NCBI RefSeq assembly: GCF_009914755.1
Contig: NC_060932.1
Direction: 5' to 3' (one strand)
DNA length: 64,000 bases
Origin: the human T2T-CHM13v2.0 reference genome, Homo sapiens
The position numbers and the translations under genes are program-made. The notes beneath the pieces are model-generated. The model worked only from the letters and a program-made list of their open reading frames with translations. It searched no databases and was not told where the DNA came from. Positions 51,506-64,000 of the stretch are shown here, in pieces. Numbering within the stretch: the first letter of the stretch is position 1; every line of letters begins with the position of its first letter.

Positions 51506-52100
51506 TGTTGGGACTCAAAACAATATCTCAAAATGAAGACCTGAGCAGCAGCCTCAGAAGTGAAGATTTTCTCTGACATTCTCCTACCCTCCTGTCTCCC
51601 AGTCCCATTCTCCCCCAAGGATAGCCTGGAAACCTGCTTCTCCAAGGCAGATCTTAGAAACCAGAACCCCCTTTTCCCCAAAGCCAGCCATAAAACCTAA
51701 AAACTATTGATCTAACTTCCCCTCACTCCCCTCACCTTTCTGTGTAAAAACTGACCATAAAGAAATTATCTGTTTGACCTTGCTGGAGAGTAGGACATGA
51801 GACCCCCTTTCCAGAGAGGGTCCTGCCCCACACCCAGAAGGAAGGAGTGCTGCTCAGAGAGGCCAAGAAGAATCTAGACAGACAGGCTTTGCTAGGTGTC
51901 CCCACTCTGTCCAACAGCATTAGATCGTTCCCTTTTTGTGCAATCATATTTCTACAAGGCTGCCCTTACTTTGTTGAAGTAACCATAAAAATGGCCAATT
52001 TCTACTGCATTTGGGTCTTCATTCTGAAGGCGCTCGTGTACACACATTGCATACATTTGCATGTCTTTTCTCCTATTAACCAAACTGCCTCATGTCTGAC
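51506..52100 (+). mobile_element. ERV1 solo LTR (MER39-like)
   Basis: Starts TGTTGGGACTCAAAACAATATCTCAAAATGAAG; gagagggtcctgccccacacccagaaggaagg motif. Confidence 0.75.
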
Positions 52101-52635
52101 TACTTGCTCCCTCTAGTAGGAGGCCTTGCTTTCTCTGCTCCCTGCCAACAGCTGGGTTGACACCAACCCAAGCCAGGAGCCAGTTTAGCTTCCTAGGCCC
52201 TCTGATCTGTCTGGTGCTGCCACTTTCCAAGATCCTTTCTGCTCAAAGCAGCGACAGAGGGGAATGGATGGGAGGGCATGCTGCAGAAGGGGGTATAAGC
52301 TGGGTGTGAAGGGGGAGCTGGCGCAAGGCAGGCCCAACCTGAGCCACAGCTTTCGGTGCACCACACCCTATTCGTTCCCTTCTTGCCTATCCAGCAACCT
52401 GGTTTCTGCAACAGGGAGGGCTGAGCTAGTCCCATGAACAGCCAAGACTAAGCCATTAAGTAAAGGCTGTACTTCGCTTTTTCCTTTTCCTTTGGAATAT
52501 ATTGATGATGGCTAACAAATTACACTCGAGTTCTATTTCCCAGATCTGAGGGTGTTTGAATTCAGGAAAACAATTGGATGCTTGGTTGTCTTGAAGCTGT
52601 ATTTAAATTCACAAAGAACTGGTTTTGCCATGTGG

Positions 52636-52637
<2 letters not shown>

Positions 52638-52671
<34 letters not shown>
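52638..52671. repeat. Poly-T tract (~34 nt)
   Basis: Seen directly. Confidence 0.95.
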
Positions 52672-52673
<2 letters not shown>

Positions 52674-53969
52674 AGAAAGAATAACTCTCCCATTTGCTAA
52701 TTGATGTGATAAGCAAACACACACCTTCTCCTCTTCCATCATTACCTCCAAAATTTAATTTAACAGTAATATTCTGCTTCAGCAGAGAGAACAAATGGAC
52801 TGGTTATTAATTCATGGAAAACAGGTAAAAATTTTCCAGTGACTGTTTTTTTGAGGTGTCTATTTTAAGAGATTTGATGGGGAGTAGGTTACAAGGTGAA
52901 TATGCAACATTTAAGGGAGCAAGAATCAGGAGTTTCAATTGACTGGCTGCTTGTCAAAGGCTGAAACACAACCTGTGCCCCCAAACATACTGAGCTTGTC
53001 TCCAGATTTCATGTGTTTTGCAACCTCATCCTATGCCTGAATGTCACAGCCACCTTTACAAAAACAATGTTGTTTAGTTAAACTAAATAGAAAAATACAG
53101 TAAAATGATTCCTTGTGATTCTCTAGGTAAAAGAATACATTTTTTCTTAAGAAAAACAGTGGTAAGGATAAAAGCCAAGCATTGTTTTAGGCTCTCTCCA
53201 GTTTGCAAAATGCCATTTACAAAATAATTACACCTACAGTTTATGCATGATTCATTAGACAGCAGATAAAATGTACTGCTAAATTTTAATCGCATGGAAA
53301 GAGTAGGCACCATGAAATACGCCCCCAACTTCTCTGGATTCTAACCTGTTTGGTCACATTTCTGCCACAACATAAATCTTGTCCAAATAGTTTATCTTGA
53401 TTAAATTATAACAGTGTTTTAGTTTCATGATGTGATAGACCTCTGAAGAATTTATTTTAGTTAAGCAATTAGAAGGTCAAATCATCGGTTATCAATATTT
53501 AAGGTTTTACTTGTGAAAGTTAATAGGCTTGAATCACAGGATCTCCTGCAAGATGAATCACAGGATCCCCTGCAAAGATGATGAGAATGTCATCTCAGAA
53601 AAAAAAATAAATAAATCAGTTCTTGGCACACTAAAGTACTTTTAAAGATTATAGTTTTCCTTTCTTTTCCTCCCACTCTCCCCTGCCAAGGTAAAAAAAA
53701 GGATGATGTCCTGCATTATAGACATTGGTAGGGGACCTCTCTATTACACATGACACAGCATGCATGATCCACACTAATTGCAGACGGAATCTAGAAAACA
53801 GAATAGATATCACATCTTATATAATACACAGTAGGAATGATAGACAATGCACACAGCTCTTCAGCAGATGCAAGCTGCTGCATTACTTCATCGAAAGGAA
53901 CTAGGGTGATAGAATGAGCACCTGAAATGGTATTTAGGGGTCTTAGGACAGCCAGGTCTGCTGAGGTCA

Positions 53970-54320
<351 letters not shown>

Positions 54321-54421
54321 TTACAAATGAGACTTACCCAGACGAACTAGTGTATTGAAATATCTAGTTTTTGTTCTGCAAGCTGTCTCTCTCTCTTTTT
54401 GCCTTGCTTTCTACTCTCTTC

Positions 54422-54607
54422 TTTTTTAAAAAATTTTTTTATTATACTTTAAGTTCTGGGATACATGTGCAGAAAGTGCAGGTTTGTTACATAGGTATAC
54501 ATGTGCCATGGTGGTTTGCTGCACCCACCAACCTGTCATCTACATTAGGTATTTCTCCTAATGCTATCCCTCCCCTAGCCCCCCCACCCCCTGACCGGCC
54601 CCGGTGC
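54422..54607 (-). mobile_element. L1PA 3'-end fragment (~185 bp)
   Basis: ttattatactttaagttctgggatacatgtgcag...cctaatgctatccctcccc. Confidence 0.9.
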
Positions 54608-56179
54608 AATCTCTTTTTCTTCATGATAATCATCATCAAAACTTACTCAGTGACTGACTTTGACATACAGTTAGTAGCTATTAATGCCAGATACTGGGAT
54701 TTCAGGACAAATTTGTAGAGATGAGTTATCCAAATAAAAACGGGGCCCACAATTAAGAGAGGGCACATTGAGCCTGGCATGGTGAAGGAAAGCAGTCTCT
54801 AATTGGACCCATTATACTCATTAAAGTCTGTAAAATATCAGAGTTCAGATAGCCTGAATTATTTAGCAGAAATTATCATTTGTTATTCCGCTCTGCTTTT
54901 GACCAATTTTAGCCTCACCAGGATACATGGCCATGATGTTCAAGATTTTTAGAGATTTCTTTAAGGAATTGAGTGTTTTTCATAATTAACTCGATTCTGT
55001 ATCATAAAGCTATGATGACTGTGCTGGCTGGATTTTCTGGGAGAGTTTGTGTAATTTTCCTTTTTTTCAGGAAAGGTGATTCATTAAATGCTGCACAAAA
55101 TGCTTAAATCCAGCTGGATTTTTATTCCTTTGTAATACTTAATGAAAATGAATCATAATTCAGAAAAAAATAAAACCTTGGTCAGACCATGTGACCTGCT
55201 ATTGTGCTCGCAGGTCATCAATTACCTATACTTATGAAGGGAAGGAGTAATCCATTGCTTCCCCTCCTGCTTAGTTAGAAATGGAGGGCAGAACAGACTT
55301 TTAAATAAGAAGTTAATCTATTCCTTAATGGTGCAGCAATAGCCGAACATCTCTTTGTTAAAGAGCAAGCTGGAATGAGTATATGGCCCCACAATGGCCG
55401 CTTCTCTTATTCCTAGTGAGCCCAGACAGTACAATTTAAAATTGGATGGTGAGGAGGATGAGGGTGGCAACTGGTTGGAGGAAGGGAATTACATATTTTA
55501 TCTGCATAGTAATAAGATGTCCAGACTGCTAGAGAGAGTGTTGCCTTGCAAATTATGTGGTAGTTAGGAAATGAATTCCTTCCTCCTTAAGACATTAGTC
55601 TGTAATATCTCTGATAATTAGCATTTCATCCTTGGAAGGAAGGGGTTGTGTGTGTGTCCCAGGAGCAGGAGGCTTGCCTGAAGTTCAGGGAGAGACTTCA
55701 AACATTGGGGCTGGGATGGAGGTTGTCAGTGAGTGGAAGGGACCACTGGAGAGAGGAGGGGCTTTCCCAATAGGTCCTCTCCTGCTAGGAAATCTAGTAG
55801 CCCTGAGGCTGTGCTCATTGGCAATACTCTCGCTGAGGGTTTAAAGCCAAAGTGCTTTCAGTTTTCTCCATAGAGAAAAAAACAAAATAGTACGAATACT
55901 TTTAGTTCTGTGTGGAATACTATGGAAATGAAATGGACCTGGAGGTAAGGGGCAGGGTTGGCTTCCTGGCTCCCCTGAGCTACCTACCTCCTCAGTCAAG
56001 CCTAGGAGACAGGATGGAAGCCAGGGAGATGGCATATACCAGGATCACCAGGAAGAGGCAAATCAGGGAGTTCCTGAAGGGTTCCAGCCCATTAAATGAG
56101 GAGTAGATTATGCAAGAGGAATGAGAGACCAAACTTGGTGCCTCTTTACTACATGCTGGAGGATATATATTTGTCTCAC

Positions 56180-56535
56180 TTTTTAAAATTTGTGTACATT
56201 TGAGGGATACAAGTGCAGTTTTGTGACACAGATATATTGCAGAACGGTGAAGTCTGGGCTATTAGCGTAACAAAGAACTAAAAATAGAACTATCATGTGA
56301 TCCAGAAATCCCACTAATGGGTATCTACCCAAAGGAAAAAAAAATCATTGTGTTAAAAAGATAACTTCACTCTTATGTTTATTGCAGCACTATTCACAAT
56401 AGCAAATATATTGAATCAACGTAAGTGTCCATCAATAGACGATTGGATAAAGAAAATGTAAATGCACACACACACACACACACACACACACCATGGAATA
56501 CTACTCAGCCATAAAAAAGAATGAAATCAAGTCTT
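56180..56535. mobile_element. Short L1 (L1PB/L1MA-like) with internal inversion
   Basis: 56180-56270 is an antisense L1 3' terminus; 56271-56535 is sense L1 ORF2-end sequence. Confidence 0.7.
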
Positions 56536-57276
56536 ACCCTTTTTTAAAAAGGAAGATTATCAGGGTGAAAGTGAGTGTTTGAATTATACCATTTTTTTAA
56601 CTACTTACGCATGACATAGGTCAAAGCGTGTAATTTTTTAAAATTAGGAACAAGTTCATAAGCCAGAGCTTAATTCTCAGTCTTAGAATCTGTGTATCTG
56701 TTCATCTGTGCATTCTCTTTAGAATCTATGCATCTGTTCCACCACTTCCAGTGAAAACTCCAGCCATGCCTGGCCTTTCTCCCTGAAGCTCTAACTGGTA
56801 GAAATGCCTAAAGAAAGTCTAGAGGCCCAGACATAGAGGCCAGCATCACCATACAAAATGACTGAGAACTAGTTTCCAGGACAAAGAGTTGCCCTTAATG
56901 AATGAAAAATGGACTTATGGTATGTATTTACCCAACACATTTTTAAGGACCTACTAATTGTGTTAGGTGCTGTGGTAGATGAATATGACTCCATGCCCTG
57001 TTATCAAGGAGGCTGGCACCAGGAGAATTGGAGAAGTAGACAGAAAATAAGGGGAAGTATTATAATCAAAGAACTAGAGTCTCATATTGGACTCACATAC
57101 TCCTAATTGTAAGATTAAAAAAAAAACATTAATGTAAATCAGGACTGTGTGGGTTTTCATCTTTAAGCCTTCTTAAAGGAAATGCTGGAATGCCCTTTTG
57201 AATCACTTCGTGTCTAATTCAGTCGTACCAGAATCTGTCTTCCTGGCTCATCACTTCCTTGAGGGGAAGCTGCTGC

Positions 57277-57592
57277 TTTTTTTTTTTTTTTTTTTTTTTT
57301 TTTTGGCTACAGAGTCTTGTTCTGTCACTCAGGCTGGAGTGCAGTGGTGCTATCGTAGCTCATTATAGCCTGGAACTCCTTAGGTTCAAGCAATCCTTTC
57401 ACCTCAACCTCCAGAGTAGCTAGGATCACAGGCACATGCCACTACACCTGGATAATACTTTTTTATTGTTTGTAGAGAGAGAATGTCTACAACCTGTTTT
57501 CCGGGCTGGCCTCGAACTCCTAGGCTCAAGCAATGCTCTTGCTTTGGCCTCCCAAAGTGCTGGGATTGTAGGAGTGAGCCACTGTACCAGCC
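57277..57592 (-). mobile_element. AluJ-like
   Basis: Poly-T followed by antisense Alu. Confidence 0.9.
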
Positions 57593-58349
57593 TGAAACTC
57601 CTTCTGGCTCCCTCTACTGTCTGGGAGAAGTGAGAACCAGCCTTTGGGTCTCCTGGGTGCCTTGTACATTCTTCTTCTACAGAACATGGAATTATTGCAC
57701 TTACTTGTTTTCATATTTGTCTGCCTCATGAGATGGCAAAACTTCTTTAAGGTCTAGGAAACTGTCTCATTGATAGTGAGGAGCCAGCACCTAGCACCAC
57801 ATTTACCACACTGGAGGACCTTCAAGTGTGTACTGAATGAGTGGAGCAGAGGGTTCATTTGTGGGATTAGTAACTTGTATGACATAAAAGTCAAAAGAGG
57901 AGGCAGGTAACACAGGGAGGTCTATGGCAACCCACCATTTTTCCAACTGACAGAAAGATGGCCAGGTAAAGAACCAGAGGTGACAACAATTTATAAACCA
58001 ACTTGAGGGTTCAGTAGGGAAATATGTTAGTTTCACAATGGTAGTTTTAATATATATTCCTAGATTTCTGCTCTCCTGAGCAATCTCATTATCATATAGA
58101 AAAATTAAAAATAATAGAAGAGGAAAACCAATTCTTATACAATAATGTATCATGGGATATAGGTATGCCATAGTTGTAAAAGAGGGACCAGGCAATTTTA
58201 GGTACCTGACAATAGAGGGGCTGTGAGGCCCTGAAAAGTTAGGCAGCCTTTCATGCCAACAGTACACACTTAGTGAGATACTTTACAAAAGGGGCCAGTT
58301 ATTCACATAGTGCAATTCTAACTGCCACTAACACTAACTGCTCTAATGA

Positions 58350-58688
<339 letters not shown>

Positions 58689-58770
58689 CACTATGCAGAG
58701 TTTTAACTGCATATTCTTAGCCACCAAAATCCCAAATTAATGGCTCTTTGCAACTCTAGATTATATCATC

Positions 58771-59121
58771 TGCTATGGTTTGAATATGTTGGAAACTTAA
58801 TCCCCAATGCAACAGTGTTGAGAGATGGGACCTTTAAGAAGGCTGAGCCCCCATGAATGGATTAATGCTGTTATGGAGAGAGGGGGTTTGTTATCAAGAG
58901 AGTGGGATTGCTGTAAAAGCAAGTTCAACCCTCACTTGCTTTTGGTCACCGTGTGATGCCCTCCACCATGTTATGACACAGCAAGAAAATCCTCACCAGA
59001 TCCAACCCCTCAATCTTGGACTTCCCAGCTTCTAGAACCATGAGCTGAATACATTTATGTTCATTATGAATTACTCAGGCTGTGGTGTTCTGTTACAGTA
59101 GCACAAAAAGAATTAGGACAT
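58771..59121 (+). mobile_element. MST-type MaLR solo LTR
   Basis: TGCTATGGTTTGAATATG...cttggacttcccagcttctagaaccatgag...ttaggaCA. Confidence 0.8.
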
Positions 59122-59569
59122 CACTTTCATTAGAGTATCTTGCTGCATCCAGAGCAAGGTTGATATATAGCCCGGGGTAGAAACTCCATACAGTTTGATT
59201 AATTGACCTCAATGAATATATTTAAAGTTTCTGGCTTAAAGATTATCTTTAAAATATGAGTTTCAAACTGGAGGCAAAAATTCAGTCAGACTGTTTAAAT
59301 GCAACGTCCACATTGCTGAAAGAAATAAAAAGAATGTTTGTGGAGTAACCTAAGGCTGCTCAGTCAAAGCATTTTGCAAAGTTAAAAAGTTTTCAGAAGA
59401 ATTCAATCAGGATGGAAAACCTCACTGACTGGCTAGAAATTTAATCCCCAAACACCTTTCCCTTTTGTTATAAAGATTTCTTTAATTTAATTCAGATGAT
59501 TGTCCTCATTCTCTTTTGCTTTAGGTGAAGGTAGAAAGCCTAAGAGGGAGGCATGCACTTTCAGAATGG

Positions 59570-60091
59570 CAGAGTGAGGAGTTCGGTGAAACTCCTTATG
59601 GAGAAAACACACGAGTTAGCTAAGCTTCACTCAGGCATGCGTCATAGTGCTGCTGGCCTTGAGTTCAATGTGAAGCAATCACTACTACTTACATCCAGAA
59701 GGAGAGAGAGAAAATTCACTGGTCTGTATGTGAGACCACTCCAGAAAATGCTAAAGAAACACGCATAGAGAGTAATGGAGCGATGGAAAACAGTTGTCTA
59801 AATTTGTGAATTCCAGAGATAACAATCGATTAAAAAGCATAGTGGATAGCAGTGTTGTGAGGCTAAAAAGCAAAGAAATTTACTATATATATATATATTC
59901 AATAAGGTGTCTCTAAACAGAAACACACACAAAACAAGGTTACATATGGATGGATTGACAAAAATATTGTGACCAGAGGTCTCCCAGACCTAATCCTGAA
60001 TTTTACTTAGAAGCAGTGGCTCAGCATTTGCTAATTCAGTGTTGATGACAACTTTATAGAACATAGCTACTGTGGAAAATGAGAACTGAAT
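59570..60091 (-). mobile_element. Tigger-family element (MER82/Tigger6-like), opposite orientation to the copy at 47.9 kb
   Basis: Ends ...tttatagaacatagctactgtggaaaatgagaactgaatg|TA. Confidence 0.65.
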
Positions 60092-60099
60092 GTATTTCA

Positions 60100-60630
60100 T
60101 TCAAGAGAAATAAAAATATATGTCCACATAAAAATTTTTACATGAGTTTTTATAGCCACATCATTCATAATAGCCCAAAGTGGAAACAGCCCAAATGTCT
60201 GCCAACTGCAGAGGGAGTAAATAAAATGTGGTATGTCCATACAATGGCATGGTATTTGCAACCAAAAGATTAAAGAACTGATACAGGCTACTGTATGGAT
60301 GAATCTTGAAAACATTATGCTAAATAAAAGAAGCCAATCCATCACAAAAGACCACATAATGTATGACTCTGTTTATGTGATATTTCCAGAATAAGAAAAT
60401 CTATAAATACAGAGAGTGAATTAGTGATTGTCTAGGAATCAGAGGGCAGTGGGGGAGCAGGGAGGAGGGAGATGGGAGGGGAAATGAGGAGTGATTGCTA
60501 ATGGATAAAGAGTTTCCAAGGTTACTGTAGATCTGGCAGTCACACGGCTCTGTGAATATACCTAAAACCCTTGAATTTTATACTTTAAAAATAGGTGAGT
60601 TTTGTGACATATGAATTGTATCTCAATATT
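60100..60630 (+). mobile_element. L1M 3' end fragment
   Basis: tggaaacagcccaaatgtc, gaatcttgaaaacattatgctaa, gaattgtatctcaat. Confidence 0.8.
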
Positions 60631-62354
60631 CTGTTCTAGAGGAAAAGTCTAAAAGATTCATTTAAATGATTTCAAAAGCCCAAAGATATGTTGAAATTTG
60701 AAGCTTAAGGTGTTGTTTTTTCTCTTTTCCAGGCATCCTCTTCTTGTAGGTGAAACTCTTTCAGGAAGCGAATCATAATGAGGAGTATTTTGTTCATGAT
60801 GGCTCCCATGTAGTATATGGAATTTCTTTGAGCACTGGCTAGACATTCTAAAATCCTGATCACTGGTGTTGATTTTGGCAAGACATTCTGTGGCTATAAT
60901 GAAACTCCACTTGCAGCTGCTACTAAGCTATACCTGAAGGCAACAGTCATCTGATACCTTCTGCTAGACGCAGAAATAACTGCACCTCTCAGCACATACC
61001 CTGTAGTAAGATAGAATGTCCAATAAACGCCACTATTTCCAGTGTTATGCATGTTGCTCCTTATATTCTGGTACTTAACTTTGGAGAAAAGCAGAATGCA
61101 GAAAATGATGTCTCTTCTCTCCCACTTTACTGGGATCAGAAGGCCTGGAAGTCACATTTCCTGATTGACTACAGGGTCCTGGGTAACGTTATCTCCCACT
61201 GTTCTCTCTCATGCATCCCTTTCCACTCCATTTGGGTCAAGCTGTTCTCTCTCCTCCTGACCTGTTTAAGTCACATCCAGATATTAAGGTCCATTTTCTC
61301 CAAGAGTTATTTCAAGACGTCTGCAAATTTCATCCACATCTTCCTTCCTGACCTCTCCCAGTCCTTAACATCCTTGCCATACATTTTGATTTGGTCCTGC
61401 CCTTTAATTGCTTTATTAGCATTTTGTTTTTGTTTTAGAATCGTCTTTCTAAAAACATCTTAAAGGCAGGAAATTTATAAGAACTTTAGAAGTTATCCTC
61501 CCATCATAGCCAGTGCCTGACACAGGTCTGGATTTATAAAACAGACTTGATAAACATGAACTAAATAGTTGAACGACTTGACATGGCCATTCATTAACCA
61601 TTTCTAATTTGGTCACTTAACTCTGTTTTCCACCTAATGTACTATCTCCCTCGTTTTCTTACCAATATGACTGCTTTGTCTTAGGAAAAGGCCAATTGGC
61701 ATAAAGTGGCATCATACTCTGTACTGAAATGGATATAACTGCAATGACATGTTATTGTGTGAGTTTGTCCACATACAAAGGATGTGTCCTATGGCTAGAA
61801 GGTGGGTGATGTTCAGAGTCCCATGGGGAAGCTGTAGTGTCTACAGGAAGGATGGCATGAACTAGACAGATATATGCCCTGCTGTTTGGATACAAACTAC
61901 ACACTCTGTGGATGAAAACTCCCAATTTCCATAGTATTGGGGGAAATGGTAATTTTTGACAATAAAGGAAAGACAGAATGAAGATTTCTACTGAAGAGAG
62001 TTGAAGAATTTTGTTTGCCTTTGGAATTTGGATGGCTTTAGCTTGTTTTTTCAGTCATTGAAGAAATATTTAAACAGATGGTCACATTAGTTGCAAGACC
62101 CCAAAAGGGAGAAATTAGCCAGAGTTCCTGAGAGAGGACAACTATGTAAGTTAGATAAGCCCCACTAACCAAGAGAAGTGGCTAAGAAAATGCTGCAAAT
62201 GAATAGAGGGGCCCGAGAGAGCAAAGGTGGGATGAGAGGCAGGTGGGAAGATCACAGCACTTATTTCACAGTCTAGAATTAGATGACTTAGATATTTAAA
62301 TGTGCTTATTTACTATCTGTCTCTGACCACTATTCAATATTGTACACTCAGTAT

Positions 62355-62885
62355 CTAGAGCAGCATCGTCCAATAGAAATACAGTACAAGCTGTAAATGA
62401 GGCCACATTTAAATATTCTAAATGACATATCTTTGAAAAAATGAACCACAAAATTAATTTCAAAAAACATTTTTTCAAATTTATTTTTTAATTGACAGAT
62501 AAAATTCTATGCATTTGAAGCATATATACATTGTGGAATGGTTAAATCTAGTTAATTAACATATGTATTGCCTCACATAGCAATAATTTTTGTGGCAAGA
62601 GCACTTAACACCAACTGTCTTGGCATTTTTCAATAATATAATCTATTATCATTAGCTATAGTCACCATGCTGTACAATAGCTCTCTTAAACTTATTTCTT
62701 CTTTCCTTTCAGGAAGTATTCAACATAAAAATTATTAATGAGGTATTTTATATTCTTTTTCTCATACTAACACTTCCAAATCAAGTGTATATTTCACACT
62801 GATAGCACATCTCAATTCAGACTATCTGCATTTCAAGTGTTCAATAGCACTTTTGAGTGAGTGGCTACTGCATTAGACCATGTAG
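62355..62885. mobile_element. MER3/MER33-type hAT MITE interrupted by an antisense L1MA 3' fragment (~62470-62705)
   Basis: gtccaatagaaat...gtggctactgcattagac termini; internal ttattttttaattgacagataaaatt L1MA end. Confidence 0.65.
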
Positions 62886-62902
62886 CTCCAGAACTGAGTA
62901 TT

Positions 62903-63223
62903 TACTTATTTATTTATTTATTTATTATTGGTTGTTTTTTCTTTTGAGACAGAGTCTCGCTCTGTCACCCAGGCAACAGTGATGCGATCTCAGCTCACTG
63001 CGAACTCAGCCTCCCAGATTCAAGCGATTCTCCTGCCTCAGACTCCTGAGTAGCTGGGACTACAGAAATGTACCACCATGTCCAACTAATTTTTTCTATT
63101 TGTTTAGTAGAGACGGGGTTTCACCGTGTTAGACAGGATGGTCTCAATCTCCTGACCCCGTGATCCACCCACCTCAGCCTCCCAAAGTGCTGGGATTACA
63201 GGCGTGAGCCACTGCGCCCAGCC
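62903..63223 (-). mobile_element. AluS(c)-like
   Basis: Antisense Alu with (TTTA)n tail. Confidence 0.92.
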
Positions 63224-64000
63224 AGAACTAATTATTAAATATCAGTTGAACTTAAAAATGAATGAATAAATGAGGTGTCAGTGGATAAATACATAAATAA
63301 ATTCCCAATTTTAACAGATCAAGAAAATGAAGCTCAGAGGGTTTAAATAAATTCTTCAATATGTCATCTTTTCAGAAAGTGGTGGGACTGATTTTTGAAT
63401 TTTTGGCCGAATTCATGGACACACTGGCATCTTAGGTCAGTCTTCCTGTCAAAAACTCTCAACCACACTTTACTACCCCAAAATAAATTCCTTATCATGA
63501 CATTTAAATTCCGCTAACATCTAACACTCAATACACTTTTCTAGTCTTTTCCTCCACGGGTGCTTTTCAGACATAATATGCTCCAAGCAAATTGATTTTT
63601 TTCAAGGTTAGGAACACCAAGCAGCCTGCCAAGAAAATGGCTCAGAATCCCAGCACTAAAATCCTCTGCTCCTCATCTCCCGGCTGCCTGTTTTTGTTGG
63701 ATGCTGCAGGTAAGTGAAGATTCAGTCCCACTGAAAGGTTTCACTTTCGAATCAGGTGGGGAGCACACCTCTCCCCCACTAGACTAAGCTCCTTCCCTAT
63801 CTATCTTTCTATCTCTGCCCTGGCACATAGTAACTTAAAAACTCATTGAATGATGAGTGTATGAAGAAAAACTAAACAGTTGATTCAACTCTCGCTCTCC
63901 TCCAGCTACATTAAGGATATGTCTACCTGTCTTTGTTCACATGGTTCACTCCAACTAGAAATGCCCCGTCTCTCTATATGCAAGGGCCACTCAGATGCAG

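Noticed and set aside
53530-53578. 24-bp tandem duplication TGAATCACAGGATC(T/C)CCTGCAAGA
   Set aside because: Two copies only, no spacer; an ordinary slippage duplication, not CRISPR-like
53758-53766. TGCATG (RBFOX) motif ~350 nt downstream of the 157-nt exon
   Set aside because: A single hexamer is expected by chance, and the exon is frame-shifting if skipped; no support without conservation data
57803-58267. 154-aa minus-strand ORF (also 22475-22897 and 61047-61463)
   Set aside because: No recognisable domain or convincing exon structure; consistent with chance ORFs, and 61047 overlaps L2-like sequence

Overview
Primate (almost certainly human) genomic DNA from inside the ZMAT4 (zinc finger matrin-type 4) gene, which is transcribed on the minus strand. 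Two coding exons lie in the window: 54113-54269 (157 nt) and 31584-31811 (228 nt). Each encodes one C-x2-C-x12-H-x5-H matrin/JAZ-type finger, and they splice in frame. The rest is intron rich in transposable elements. These include a full-length L1PA2-type LINE-1 (3948-9979; intact ORF1, disrupted ORF2, 17-bp TSD) antisense to ZMAT4 and nested in an older L1, a near full-length Tigger2 DNA transposon, several solo LTRs (THE1, MER39-like, MLT/MST, ERVL-like), about 15 Alus and L2/MIR/MER remnants. Repeat subfamily names are from recalled consensus sequences, not from a search. Most short ORFs in the track are repeat-derived noise. I do not see a clearly new biological system. The best leads are (i) an L1 antisense ORF0 whose first splice donor is in the same phase as the ZMAT4 intron it sits in, predicting an in-frame ORF0-ZMAT4 fusion, (ii) an Alu flanked by an unusually long 79-bp direct duplication, and (iii) a symmetric zinc-finger exon flanked by inverted Alus (skipping or circRNA candidate).
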